Translations under genes and position numbers: made by a program
From: Pirellulales bacterium
GTDB taxonomy: Bacteria > Planctomycetota > Planctomycetia > Pirellulales > Lacipirellulaceae
Assembly: GCA_039831705.1 (NCBI GenBank)
Contig: JBDOMT010000215.1
Coordinates: 7,898-71,897, forward strand
Direction: 5' to 3'
Length of the DNA stretch: 64,000 bases
Shown: piece by piece, positions 37,880 to 48,415 of the stretch
Position numbering within the stretch: position 1 is the stretch's first letter
How the letters are laid out: every line of letters begins with the position of its first letter
Notes under the pieces: generated by a model
The model's database searches: none
The model's input: only the letters and a program-made list of their open reading frames with translations
What the model was told of the DNA's origin: nothing

Positions 37880-38536
37880 TTAGCTGATGATCTCTTTACT
37901 GATGAGAAATTGGATGACCTCATCGGCTAATTCATCAGGCAACCGCACCCCCGCGTCGAGCCTCAGTTCTGCCTTGTCAGGCGCTTCGTAAGGCGCATCA
38001 AGTCCGGTAAATCCTTTGATTTTTCCGGCTCGTGCCAACTTATAAAGGCCTTTGGGATCGCGCGATTCACAGACTTCCAAAGGCGCATCGACAAAAACCT
38101 CTAGAAAATCGCCTTCTTCCAAGCTATCGCGAACTGCGTCACGATCAGCCCGGTAGGGGCTGACAAAGGCGGTCAGGGTGACAATGCCCGCATCACACAT
38201 CAGATGAGCCATCGCCCCTACGCGGCGAATGTTTTCCTGGCGATCCTGCGGTGAAAACCCAAGACCAAACCGCTCAGCATAAGGCTGGCCATATTGGTCC
38301 GCCAACAGTTGCGGTGTCGCGTTGAGTCCATGGCGAACGTTATCTCCATCGAGTACGTAGCTTCGCACTTTTCGTTGATGCAACTTTTGGTCGACCAGAT
38401 TAGCGACCGTGCTTTTCCCACAACCACTCAGGCCCGTGAACCACACCACACAACCTCGATGGTTACCGAGTTTTTCACGGTCGGCGCGAAGGATGCTATG
38501 TTCATGCCAAACAACAATTGGGTCTTGATCAGTCAT
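37880..38536 (-). CDS. cysC: Adenylyl-sulfate kinase
   Basis: The P-loop WFTGLSGCGKSTVA, LDGDNVRHGLN and FVSPY are typical of APS kinase. Confidence 0.9.
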   Translation of the reverse strand: MTDQDPIVVWHEHSILRADREKLGNHRGCVVWFTGLSGCGKSTVANLVDQKLHQRKVRSYVLDGDNVRHGLNATPQLLADQYGQPYAERFGLGFSPQDRQENIRRVGAMAHLMCDAGIVTLTAFVSPYRADRDAVRDSLEEGDFLEVFVDAPLEVCESRDPKGLYKLARAGKIKGFTGLDAPYEAPDKAELRLDAGVRLPDELADEVIQFLISKEIIS

Positions 38537-38648
38537 AGGATTTTTCTGTTTGAGACGTATGAAGTGCCTATCCTATAACCGCCCAACAGGCTGGAAGCCA
38601 ATGCTACTTTAGCCAGTTATGGGATAAGGTCTAAGCCAATCCATCAAT

Positions 38649-38839
38649 AGTCGCGGAGCGACGGCATGTGATAGCCTTGGGTTTTAACCCAAGGTAGCTA
38701 TCCCCCACAACCTGAGTCTCGGAGCAACGGCATGTGGTAGGGTGAATCCCACATGCCGTCGCTCCGCGACTCAAACCCTTTGCGCGAGTCTTCCTGGGGC
38801 TAAAGTCCCCAGGCTATTCTATGCCACCGCTCCGCGGTT
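38649..38839. repeat. Nested palindromic repeat cluster, family C (units built on gagtcgcggagcgacggcatgtg)
   Basis: There are four units. The outer inverted pair is 38649-38702 / 38794-38839, each with a short ccttgggttttaacccaagg-type hairpin. The inner pair, 38714-38745 / 38746-38772, forms a long hairpin. Confidence 0.8.
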
Positions 38840-38927
38840 AAGACAAAATACAGTTTGCTGCAGTAACCTCAAAATCAAGGATTCACTAGCGCTTTGTCAT
38901 GACAAAATATTATCAAAGCACCAGGGT

Positions 38928-40052
38928 CTAATCCAATATACCAGCCAATTCACACAGATTCGCGTGAACGACCGGTTGTGGGCAGCTCCAGACCAGGAAA
39001 AAGAGCGCTTCTCGGCACCATCGACCGGTTGGGTGGCCCACCTGGTAACCGGTGCCCTTGGCCGCAACTAGGGCAGCTTGCGCGGCACGTAAGACCAAAC
39101 TGTTGGCATGCTTACGCAACTGCTCGTTGGAACAGATGGGATCATCGCAAACTAACGCAAATAATTCGTTATTGATCTGATTGTATTCTGCCTGCAAAGC
39201 CTCTAGGGGAGCCTGCAAATCTTCTCTACGCTTTGCCTCCAGGGCGATAAAATCGATGGCGGCGCGGGCCAGTCCCAGTGCCAAGGTGGAGGTTTGAAGG
39301 CCACCGGTAGTACCACCCTGACCTGAGGTCATCACATTTTCATCAGGCCCGGCAATGACCTGTTGATCTTGGATCTGAGTCTTCGCCAAACACAGTTGGC
39401 CCGTATGGCTGGCCGAAATACCAACCAGTTTGGCCGGCTCGGGCGTCGAAACACCGGGCAGATCGGTTGGCAGAGCGACTAATAGTTGTTCGCCAGTAGG
39501 TTCCAGGCTTGGAGATCCGAGATCTTCCATCTTATCGCCTTTGATCATGCTTGCGGCCACCACAATGGTATCGGCATGCGCCGCACCTGTGACCCACGGA
39601 CTGAAACCATCCAAGACGTAACCATCTGCCACGCGAACTGCACGGAGCACTGGTTTCGACAAGTGCTGCCGACTGGTGGTCAGATGCGAAATGGCGACCG
39701 TGGAGAAAAGTGTTCCGGATGCCAAAGCGGGCAGCAGCCGTTGTTGGAGTCGCCGGTTGGAACTGCCGGCGATCCGACGACAGGCACCGCTGCGCTGGGT
39801 GATGATAAAGGTCGTGGTCAGGCAGGCTGAACTCAATGCCATGTAGCCGCGCAGGATGTCTTCTTCGCTCCAGGCCTGACCACCCCAAGCCGGATCCAGA
39901 AACCATTGGTAAACACCATATTCGCCACAAAGTTTGAGCTGCTCAGCTGGCCAGCCTCCGGTCTGATCCAACTCGTCTGCCAATTCAGCCAACCGCGCAC
40001 ACAGTTCAGCCAAAGCAGGATCGTCAGGAGAAGTGATAATATTGGCGTTCAT
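38928..40052 (-). CDS. Acyl-CoA dehydrogenase family protein
   Basis: 374 aa. The layout and motifs (GWPAEQLKL..EYGVYQWF, ...TTTFIITQ...) resemble the ACAD N-terminal, middle and C-terminal domains. Confidence 0.7.
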   Translation of the reverse strand: MNANIITSPDDPALAELCARLAELADELDQTGGWPAEQLKLCGEYGVYQWFLDPAWGGQAWSEEDILRGYMALSSACLTTTFIITQRSGACRRIAGSSNRRLQQRLLPALASGTLFSTVAISHLTTSRQHLSKPVLRAVRVADGYVLDGFSPWVTGAAHADTIVVAASMIKGDKMEDLGSPSLEPTGEQLLVALPTDLPGVSTPEPAKLVGISASHTGQLCLAKTQIQDQQVIAGPDENVMTSGQGGTTGGLQTSTLALGLARAAIDFIALEAKRREDLQAPLEALQAEYNQINNELFALVCDDPICSNEQLRKHANSLVLRAAQAALVAAKGTGYQVGHPTGRWCREALFFLVWSCPQPVVHANLCELAGILD

Positions 40053-40066
40053 CGTGCCTCAGAAGG

Positions 40067-40122
40067 CTCTCTTAACTCTAGACTCAACACTCTTCCTGCC
40101 TCTGGACTCTCAACTTTCCCTA
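40067..40122. repeat. Degenerate 7-nt-period tract (ctctctt aactcta gactcaa cactctt ...) between the glgP stop and the ACAD start
   Basis: Read directly. It is the complement of the TTGAGAG word class. Confidence 0.5.
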
Positions 40123-42327
40123 CCTCAAACTCATTTCCGAACTTTGCCCCCCTGCGGCGATCAAGTACGCCTTGGTGACATAATCCATCACCATGCGGTG
40201 GGCACTGAAGCGGGCGGTCAAGGTGGCGATGGAATTGGTCATCCGCTCGATCCACTCCAGTGGCAACCCATCGGCATCCCGATGGTAAAATAGGGGAATG
40301 ATTTCATTTTCTAATACACTAAAAAGCTCTTCTGAGTCACGCGCATCGCCCAATTCCTCGTTGGTATGCTGATTGCCATTGCCAATGGCAAATCCGTTCT
40401 TGCCATTGAACGCCTCGGCCCACCAGCCGTCCAGTACCGAACAATTGAGGCCACCGTTGAATACGACTTTTTGCCCGCTGGTTCCCGAGGCCTCCAATGG
40501 TCGCCGCGGATTATTCAACCACACATCCACTCCCTGAATCAAATGGCGGCCCACATTGATGTCGTAATCTTCGACAAATACGACTCGGCCACTGAATCGG
40601 GGGTCATGCCTGAGATTGGCGATCCGCTGGATCAAATGCTTGCCCGGCTCGTCGGCCGGGTGAGCCTTGCCGGCAAAAATAAACTGGACCGGCCGGCTGG
40701 TATCGTTAATCAGTTCGCTCATCCGCTCGAGATTGGACATGAACAGGTCCGCCCGCTTATAGGTGGCAAACCGGCGTGCGAAGCCGATGGTCAGAGCGCT
40801 GGGATCCAAAGCTGAACGGGCGACCTCGATCGCTCCCTGATCTTCGTTACGGCGCCGGCACTGGCGGCTCAGCCGGCGTCGGATGAAATCCAGCAGGCGG
40901 CTTTTCAAAGCATTGTGGGTTTCCCACAATTCGCCCCGATCCACCGAGTAAATGTTTTGCCAAACCTCTGGATCGCCCATATTTTGTTGCCAATCGGCGT
41001 CCAGGTACTTGTCATAGAGCGCCTGCATCGGATAAGCCAGCCACGATGGAACATGCACACCGTTGGTGATATGGCCAATAGGGATTTCTTCCTCCACTCG
41101 CCATGGCCAAAGATGGGCCCACATGCGCCTTGAAACGTGTCCGTGCAAGTTACTCACCGCATTGGCACGCCGCGATAGCTTCAGGCCAATCACCGTCATG
41201 CAGAACGACTCACTCTCGTTTTGCGGCTCGACTCGACCCAAGCCCATCAATTGTTCATAGGTAATACCCAACTCTTTACGCAAAGGCCCCAGATGCTCTT
41301 CTAACAAAGCCCCCTCGAACCGATCGTGACCGGCAGGTACCGGAGTATGGGTGGTGAAAACCGTACGGTGTGCCACTTCGCGCAATGCGTCGTCGAAGGT
41401 CATGCCATCTTCGTGCATACGCTCACGCATCACTTCCAGGGGTGCAAATGCGCTGTGGCCTTCATTGAGATGGTAGACCCCTGGGGTGATGCCCAGTGCG
41501 CGCAGCGCTTTCACGCCACCCACACCCAACACCAATTCTTGACGAATCCGCGTACGCACATCGCCCCCATACAAACGCGATGTCAACTCGCGGTCTTCCG
41601 GCGGGTTGCCCTCCACGTCACAGTCAAGAAGATACAATTTAACGCGACCCACTCGTATCAACCACAGCTTGGCCAGCAGTTGGCCATCGAGCGTATCAAT
41701 CGCCACCGTGATAGGGTTTCCCGCCTTGTCGCAAGCCGGTTCCATGGGTTGAGTTTTGACCTTCGTGTCGACATATTCCTCCAATTGCATCCCGTTGCTG
41801 TCCAGGTGCTGCTTGAAATAGCCCTGATCATAAAACAGCCCGATAGCCACCAGAGGCACATCTAACCCACTGGCACTCTTAATATGATCGCCTGAGAGGA
41901 CTCCCAAACCGCCGGAATAGATGAGCACCGATTCGTGAATTCCAAACTCGGCTGAAAAATAGGCCACGGGTCTGGAGCCCAGCACACCCGCTTCACGTGC
42001 TCCCCAAGTGGTTTGTGTTTTGCTCAGATAGTCTTTCAGCCGTCGGGTCGCCTGGTTGATACGCGTGGTAAGCACCATTTCGGAAGCCCGTTCGGCCAGC
42101 TGCTCGGGGGTCATTTCCGTGAGCAGTGCGATCGGATTATGGCCCAATTGTCGCCAGCGAACCGGATCCAAGTCCCGAAACAGGTTGACAACTTCCGGGT
42201 GCCAGCTCCACCACAGGTTGCGGGCCAAAGTCATGCACTTGTCGTACAGAGCTTGCGGCGTTGTTTCGGTCCAATTCGGTCGCGTCACATTGGCAGATGG
42301 AGCTGCGGGGAGTTCCGTTTGACTCAT
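40120..42327 (-). CDS. glgP: Alpha-glucan phosphorylase (GT35)
   Basis: GGLGVLSGDHIKSASGLDVPLVAIGLFY and the PLP-Lys region EASGTSGQKVVFNGGLN are present. The length is 735 aa. Confidence 0.9.
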   Translation of the reverse strand: MSQTELPAAPSANVTRPNWTETTPQALYDKCMTLARNLWWSWHPEVVNLFRDLDPVRWRQLGHNPIALLTEMTPEQLAERASEMVLTTRINQATRRLKDYLSKTQTTWGAREAGVLGSRPVAYFSAEFGIHESVLIYSGGLGVLSGDHIKSASGLDVPLVAIGLFYDQGYFKQHLDSNGMQLEEYVDTKVKTQPMEPACDKAGNPITVAIDTLDGQLLAKLWLIRVGRVKLYLLDCDVEGNPPEDRELTSRLYGGDVRTRIRQELVLGVGGVKALRALGITPGVYHLNEGHSAFAPLEVMRERMHEDGMTFDDALREVAHRTVFTTHTPVPAGHDRFEGALLEEHLGPLRKELGITYEQLMGLGRVEPQNESESFCMTVIGLKLSRRANAVSNLHGHVSRRMWAHLWPWRVEEEIPIGHITNGVHVPSWLAYPMQALYDKYLDADWQQNMGDPEVWQNIYSVDRGELWETHNALKSRLLDFIRRRLSRQCRRRNEDQGAIEVARSALDPSALTIGFARRFATYKRADLFMSNLERMSELINDTSRPVQFIFAGKAHPADEPGKHLIQRIANLRHDPRFSGRVVFVEDYDINVGRHLIQGVDVWLNNPRRPLEASGTSGQKVVFNGGLNCSVLDGWWAEAFNGKNGFAIGNGNQHTNEELGDARDSEELFSVLENEIIPLFYHRDADGLPLEWIERMTNSIATLTARFSAHRMVMDYVTKAYLIAAGGQSSEMSLR

Positions 42328-42517
42328 GAAATTGGCATCCTATCGATTGGTTGACAACAGCGGGCGATTATAGCGAAATGTCTGCTCATGAAATAGGCGT
42401 CTGCTATCTTTTGTGCAAGAGCCTTGATTGCAGGAAATAGGCCGAACCCGTACAGTAAAAGCACCTGAAACGCTTATCGTTATCAAGATAGGTCCCTCTG
42501 CACACAAATATCAGAAG

Positions 42518-43405
42518 ATGCCCACCCCAATGACCATTGCGAAGTTTTACGGCATGGGCCAATTTGGATTGTCGTTTGAACTATTCCCCCCCAAGACGGC
42601 CATCGGAATGACTCGCCTGGCGGAACAGGCGGACAAACTCGTCAAATACAGCCCCGACTACATTACCTGCACCTATGGGGCAGGAGGATCAACCCAGAAC
42701 CGTACACTCGAAGTGATCGCCGGGGTTCGAAAACAGTACCAACTACCGGTAGCGACCCATATCACATGTGTCGGTAGTACGGTCGAGCAACTGCGAGACT
42801 ATCTTGTCCAAGCATTACAAGCTGGGGTGCAAAATGTAGTGGCCTTGCGTGGTGATCCGCCTCAAGGAGAAACACGATTTACACCGACCGCAGGCGGTTT
42901 CCAATATGCGAATGAACTGGTGGCATTCATACGTAGTGAATTTCCTGAAATGGGAATTGCCGTGGGTGGGTATCCAGAAACCCATCAGGAAGCCGCCAGC
43001 TCGGAATCCGACTTAATCAACCTCCAACGAAAAGTGGACGCTGGGGCTGACCTGATTATCACCCAGCTATTCTACCACAATGATGACTTTTTTCGTTTTC
43101 GCGAGCAGTGCGAACAACGGGGCATCAGAGTGCCCATTGTACCGGGCCTGCTGCCGGTTACCAACCTGGGACAAATACAGCGGATTGCTTCGCTCTGTGG
43201 TGCGAAATTGCCGCAATCATTGATTGCCGACTTGCAGAATTTCCAAGATGATCCCCACGGACAGTTCGAAGTGGGAGTAAAATTCGCCAACCAACAGGTT
43301 CAGGAATTGGTTGCCCAAGATGTGGCCGGCTTACACTTTTACGTATTGAACAAATCGGCTTCCACCGGACGCGCACTGGAAGGAATGCAGTTGCCGGGAC
43401 GATGA
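42518..43405 (+). CDS. metF: Methylenetetrahydrofolate reductase
   Basis: LSFELFPPKT, ITCTYGAGGST and ALRGDPP are present. The start was taken at ATG 42518 (or 42530) rather than the upstream non-ATG start at 42428 used by the ORF track. Confidence 0.9.
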   Translation: MPTPMTIAKFYGMGQFGLSFELFPPKTAIGMTRLAEQADKLVKYSPDYITCTYGAGGSTQNRTLEVIAGVRKQYQLPVATHITCVGSTVEQLRDYLVQALQAGVQNVVALRGDPPQGETRFTPTAGGFQYANELVAFIRSEFPEMGIAVGGYPETHQEAASSESDLINLQRKVDAGADLIITQLFYHNDDFFRFREQCEQRGIRVPIVPGLLPVTNLGQIQRIASLCGAKLPQSLIADLQNFQDDPHGQFEVGVKFANQQVQELVAQDVAGLHFYVLNKSASTGRALEGMQLPGR

Positions 43406-44931
43406 CCGACCCTTCTCTCACGCCCTCTGATCGCGAACAATCCAGTCTCCATCTTGCAGGCAAGGACAGCCTCCACCTTGCTGGCAAGGAATTGGGCGAC
43501 TATCACATTCTGCGCCGTTTGGGTGTGGGAGGGATGGCTGAGGTTTACCTGGCAGAGCAAACTTCTCTCGGTCGTCAGGTGGCGTTAAAGGTACTGATGC
43601 GCGATCTGGCTCGCGATGCAACCTACGTTCAGCGGTTTCAAAACGAAGCCCGCGCAGCCGCCTCTCTGGTCCATGCGAATATCGTACAGATCTACGAAGT
43701 GGGACAAGTGGAGGGCATTCACTTCATTGCTCAAGAATACATCCGCGGCATGAATTTGGGAGAAGTTTTAAAACGCCAAGGTTCGCTGCAACCTCGATTG
43801 GTGTTAGAAATCCTACGGCAAGTGGTTGCCGCCCTGGGCAAAGCGGCTGAGCTGGGAATTGTGCACCGCGACATCAAACCTGAAAACATCATGCTCAGCC
43901 GGTCCGGCGAAGTGAAAGTGGCCGACTTTGGACTGGCGCGGGTGCAAAACGTCGACAGCAAAAGCCTGACCCAAGTCGGCGTGACCATGGGAACGCCGCT
44001 CTACATGAGCCCCGAACAAATCGAAGGTCGATCACTCGATTGGCGCAGTGACATCTATTCTCTAGGGATCACCTGTTATCACTTGCTGGCTGGCTTACCA
44101 CCCCATCGTGGTGATACGGCGCTGGCCATTGCGGTGCAACATTTGAACACGCCACCTGAGCCGTTGGAAAACGTGCGTTCCGATGTACCTGGAGGTATGG
44201 CTCGCATCATCCATCGGCTGATAGCCAAGCGTCCGGAAGACCGATATACCCACCCCAACGAGCTACTGACCCAATTGCGCGAGTTGGCCGAGGGAGCGGC
44301 TCAGCAAGGATGGGGAGATGGGCCCGAACATTGGTCACTGGCAGAGTGGGTGGCACAGGACGAATCACGAAGTCGGGCAACTGCCCAACTTGGCACGCTG
44401 ATGAAGGCCGGCACACGACTCGAGGCGAATCGATGGCAGCGTGGAAAGCTCGTAGCAGCAGCCATGGGCGCATTACTCATGGGGCTCCTGTTGGCTTATG
44501 CAAGTCGGTCGCAATTTTTACTCGGTAACGTGAAAGCTGCTAAACCCGAACCTCGCAATTCCCCCTGGGCGCAGATCTACCATGCGAAGATGACACCCAG
44601 CGAAGAGGCCTGGCTGGCTGTTGAAGAAAATTTCCGCGACGCCGATCTCTACATTCGCCAATTGGCCAAGCAAGGCCTGATTCGCTACTACCTGTTCGTG
44701 GAGCAGGCATTTGCCAATGCCTTGAAACCGTTGCGCCAATTGGATGCAGAAGTGAACTCCCCGTTGTACACTTTTACCCAAGCCGGGTTCTGCATTGCTT
44801 ACCAGCATTTGGACAAGATCAAACAGGCTCGCGAAGCCGCCCATCAGTTGACCAGCGAACGAAAAGACCAATTGCGCCGCAGCGACCCAAGGATGTTCGA
44901 ATTACTACAAAAAGCTCTGAACGAGCTGTAA
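43402..44931 (+). CDS. Serine/threonine protein kinase with a TM segment and a C-terminal extracytoplasmic region
   Basis: The Hanks kinase motifs GVGGMAEVY, VALKVL, HRDIKPENIML, DFGLAR and SPEQ are present. The start overlaps the metF stop (ATGA). Confidence 0.85.
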   Translation: MTDPSLTPSDREQSSLHLAGKDSLHLAGKELGDYHILRRLGVGGMAEVYLAEQTSLGRQVALKVLMRDLARDATYVQRFQNEARAAASLVHANIVQIYEVGQVEGIHFIAQEYIRGMNLGEVLKRQGSLQPRLVLEILRQVVAALGKAAELGIVHRDIKPENIMLSRSGEVKVADFGLARVQNVDSKSLTQVGVTMGTPLYMSPEQIEGRSLDWRSDIYSLGITCYHLLAGLPPHRGDTALAIAVQHLNTPPEPLENVRSDVPGGMARIIHRLIAKRPEDRYTHPNELLTQLRELAEGAAQQGWGDGPEHWSLAEWVAQDESRSRATAQLGTLMKAGTRLEANRWQRGKLVAAAMGALLMGLLLAYASRSQFLLGNVKAAKPEPRNSPWAQIYHAKMTPSEEAWLAVEENFRDADLYIRQLAKQGLIRYYLFVEQAFANALKPLRQLDAEVNSPLYTFTQAGFCIAYQHLDKIKQAREAAHQLTSERKDQLRRSDPRMFELLQKALNEL

Positions 44932-44960
44932 TGTTGAGTGTTGAGCAGCTTAATTTTCGA

Positions 44961-45032
44961 ATTAGCCGCAGGGCGTTAGCCCCCGGTTTTTTACTGCGCA
45001 ACCGGACGCTAACGCGTTTCGGCTGATTTTTT
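44961..45032. terminator. REP-like hairpin family B, copy 2, followed by a T6 run (candidate intrinsic terminator of the kinase gene)
   Basis: attagccgcagggcgttagcccccggt pairs imperfectly with accggacgctaacgcgtttcggctgat, followed by tttttt (45027-45032). Confidence 0.5.
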
Positions 45033-45439
45033 ACAATCCCAATTTTAGTCGAAACGATGCACCAGTGCTTTGTCAAAGCTTAGTATTGGGTTAGCCTCTG
45101 GCGATGTGTGGCACGCTCACTCAACTCTTTTCAGAGCTAATCATAATTTGGCCGACAATGGCCCAGACGGAGACGAAAGCAACAGCTACGGTGATGTGAA
45201 TGATTTGTTCGGGCATGATTACTCTGTTTGAAGATTTCCTATGCGCGGAAAGATGTGGCAATCCATGCCTGCTACAATAAATCGGCAACCTGCGGCAGTA
45301 ATCTCAACCCACCCCTTGATGCCATTACACTTTACCCAATTTCCACAATGTAAATTCGTTGTGATAGCGTCGCTGGACCGAATGTTGTATTGTGTCGATC
45401 AGTTGCCGCGAAATAAGTTCCCACTTTCCGCCCCCGCCC

Positions 45440-48349
45440 ATGACCATCCAACGCATATTCCTGGGCACAAACCGACCCGCCTTGCATTTGGCTACCGATT
45501 ATCTGTTTGGCCGGTTCGCGCAACCTGGGCAGGCCGACTTTCGACAGGTGACCTTGGTGCTGCCCGGTGGTCGTGCGGGAAGGCGATTGCTGGAACGGCT
45601 GATCGATGAATCGAAACGACAAAATGCCCGCTTCACACCACCAAAAATTCTTACCGTAGGCCAACTGCCAGAGCAGCTCTACCAGTCCAAAAAACCGTTT
45701 GCGGACGATTTAGTACAACAACTCGTGTGGTCGGAAACATTGCAAAGTTTCGACCCCAGCGCACTGCAACAAGTCATCGCTGAATTGCCCAGCACTGCCT
45801 CCAACGATTCCTATGCGTGGGAACACTGGCTCGCATTGGGCAAGCTAATGCAAGGGTTACACCGCGAATTGGCCAGCAATGCGCTCGATTTTTCCGACGT
45901 GGTGCAACAACTCGACGCATGGTCCCAGCAGAATTTGGCGGCAGGCGATGTGGCCGCAGGAGCAACTGACCCGACAATCCGAGAAAAGGAACGCTGGGCA
46001 TTGTTTTCCCAACTCCAGCAGGCCTACCTGGCTCGGCTCGATCGACTCGATTTGTGGGACCGTCAGACAGCGCGTCGTATTGCGATTGATCGCAATGAGT
46101 GCCATGCCGCACAGCCTATCCTCCTGGTTGGCACTGTCGACTTGGAGGGAACTTTACGGCAGATGCTGGATCAGGTCAGCCATCAGGTGACCGCGCTGAT
46201 CTATGCTCCATCGCGGTGGGGCAATCGATTCGACAGTCATGGTTGCCTGGAACCGGCGACCTGGCAGGCAGCCAAACTGGACCTTCCCGATCATCAATTG
46301 ATTCGGGCCGACGGTCCGATCGATCAGGCGGAGTCGGTCGCACAACAGATTGCCTCCTATCAGGGACGCCTGCGTGCCGATCAGATTACGGTCGGGCTGC
46401 CCGATGAGCAGATCGTGCCGCAACTCACACGCCAATTGGATGCCTGCAAGTTGCCCAACCGGTTTGGTCCCGGGCTAACACTTGCCCACAGTCGAGTATT
46501 ACGGATGTTGTCCGATCTGTCCGAGTGGTTGGCAACCAGCAGCTATGAGGCTTTCGCCTCGTTGGTGCGGCATCCGGATATCGAAATGTGGTTGCTGGAA
46601 ATGGGGGTACGGCCTGGATGGATTGATGTGCTGGATGCTTATTACCGTGACCATCTGCCGGCAAAAATCGATGGAACATGGCTCAAGAGCGAAGAAAAAA
46701 CCCAATCACTTCGAACCGTCTACCAACGATTGGCTCAACTGACTGCCTCCTTGGCACCCCTGCGGCTAAAACCAGATGGTCCCACACCTGATAACGCCTC
46801 TTCAACAAGCCAGCCATCGGAACGCCAGTCTCTGGATCACCACCTGGCACCGATTGCCCAATTGCTGCAAGACCTCTATGGCCAGCGGACTTTTCAATTG
46901 GATCAGGAAGCCGAACGGATGAGCTGGCAGGCGTGCCGCGAAGTGCAACAGGTTCTGGAGACTCTGGCGGCCATTCCCCCTTCGCTCATGCCACAGATTA
47001 CGGCTGCCGAAGGGCTGCAACTAATAGGCAGACTACTAGATAATGTGCAAGTTCCAGCCCGGTCGGAAAAAGTACCCATTGAATTGGTGGGTTGGTTGGA
47101 ATTACCTCTGGACGATGCGCCAGCGCTAGTCGTGACAAGCTTCAACCAACCATTTGTCCCAACCAGCATTCAGGCGGACCAATTTTTACCCGGGACCATG
47201 CGCACCGCCCTGGGCTTGGAAGATAATCGGCGCCGTTACGCGCGCGATGCCTATGCGGTCAGCACCCTGTTGGCGCCCTGGCGTAACACCAGCTGGATCG
47301 TAGCGAGGCGCAATATGCAGGGGGATCCGCTGGCTCCCAGTCGGTTGTTGTTTGCCACCTCTCCCGAAAAGGTCGCGCTGCGGGCGATGCAATTTTTCGG
47401 CCCGGCAAAGCCTGCCACCGCGCGGACTCCGATGGCTGGCGACTTGATCACCTCTTCCCCACGGGCCACCTCTCCCAATCAGGCTACCTTCGAAGTTCCG
47501 CAACCTCATCCACTGACCGAACCACTCACTTCGATGAGCGTGACCTCCTTTGCCCAGTATATGGCATGCCCCTACCGCTTTTACTTGGAGTACGTGCTGG
47601 GTCTGCGCCATGTGCACGATAGGGCGACTGAATTGGACGGAGCCGCTTTTGGTACACTGGCACACTATGTCTTAGAGCAATTTGGCACCAGCGAACAACG
47701 CGATGCGTGTGCAGTCGACAAAATCACCAAAACACTCAACCAAATTCTCGATCGGCGCGTCAGGCAGCTATTTGGTTCGCACCCGCGTCCAGCGGTGAAA
47801 CTTCAAGTCGAGCAACTCCGACTACGTTTGAAAATATTTTCCACCTGGCAGGCAAACAGACGTTCAGAAGGATGGCAAATTGAACATACCGAATTGGCTT
47901 TTCGTGAGCAGCCGGCAAAACTGATCGTTGATGGTGAACCGATGCAATTGACCGGGCGAATCGACCGGATCGACTTTAACGAAGCCACCGGCAAACGACA
48001 AATCCTCGATTACAAAACGGGCGATGCGGGAGATGAGCCCCAAAAAACCCATCGCCGAAGAGACACCTGGATCGACTTGCAACTGCCCCTCTATCGGCAT
48101 CTAGTGCGAGCATTAGAGATATCCGGACCGGTAGAATTGGCCTACATTCGGTTGCCCAAGAGGATTGACCTATCGGTGTTGGCAAAAGCCAACTGGTCCG
48201 AAGCGGAGTTGGAGTCGGCCGACGAGATGGCCTATCAGATTGTGCGTCAGGTTCGAGAGCAAAAGTTCTGGCCACCGGTCAAACCGGCCCCCCGATACAG
48301 CGAAGACCTGGCAGCAATCTGCATGGATGGGGTCTTTGGAAAAAAATGA
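45440..48349 (+). CDS. AddB-like helicase-nuclease subunit (PD-(D/E)XK nuclease family, degenerate ATPase motif)
   Basis: A C-terminal nuclease module (SFAQYMACPYRFYLEYVLGL ... GRIDRIDF......QILDYKTG) is present. The N-terminus has LPGGRAGRRL where a Walker A motif would be. It is paired with a downstream UvrD-type subunit. Confidence 0.65.
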   Translation: MTIQRIFLGTNRPALHLATDYLFGRFAQPGQADFRQVTLVLPGGRAGRRLLERLIDESKRQNARFTPPKILTVGQLPEQLYQSKKPFADDLVQQLVWSETLQSFDPSALQQVIAELPSTASNDSYAWEHWLALGKLMQGLHRELASNALDFSDVVQQLDAWSQQNLAAGDVAAGATDPTIREKERWALFSQLQQAYLARLDRLDLWDRQTARRIAIDRNECHAAQPILLVGTVDLEGTLRQMLDQVSHQVTALIYAPSRWGNRFDSHGCLEPATWQAAKLDLPDHQLIRADGPIDQAESVAQQIASYQGRLRADQITVGLPDEQIVPQLTRQLDACKLPNRFGPGLTLAHSRVLRMLSDLSEWLATSSYEAFASLVRHPDIEMWLLEMGVRPGWIDVLDAYYRDHLPAKIDGTWLKSEEKTQSLRTVYQRLAQLTASLAPLRLKPDGPTPDNASSTSQPSERQSLDHHLAPIAQLLQDLYGQRTFQLDQEAERMSWQACREVQQVLETLAAIPPSLMPQITAAEGLQLIGRLLDNVQVPARSEKVPIELVGWLELPLDDAPALVVTSFNQPFVPTSIQADQFLPGTMRTALGLEDNRRRYARDAYAVSTLLAPWRNTSWIVARRNMQGDPLAPSRLLFATSPEKVALRAMQFFGPAKPATARTPMAGDLITSSPRATSPNQATFEVPQPHPLTEPLTSMSVTSFAQYMACPYRFYLEYVLGLRHVHDRATELDGAAFGTLAHYVLEQFGTSEQRDACAVDKITKTLNQILDRRVRQLFGSHPRPAVKLQVEQLRLRLKIFSTWQANRRSEGWQIEHTELAFREQPAKLIVDGEPMQLTGRIDRIDFNEATGKRQILDYKTGDAGDEPQKTHRRRDTWIDLQLPLYRHLVRALEISGPVELAYIRLPKRIDLSVLAKANWSEAELESADEMAYQIVRQVREQKFWPPVKPAPRYSEDLAAICMDGVFGKK

Positions 48350-48415
48350 TTCGGATGGACTGTTTGAATTAACACCGTGCTTCAATTGCGAAACGATGAC
48401 ATGCCGTAAAATGAA

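Noticed and set aside
42350-42373. TTGACA hexamer upstream of metF as a promoter -35 box.
   Set aside because: The best downstream -10-like hexamer (tatagc) is only about 12 nt away, which is poor spacing. It is not reported as a feature.
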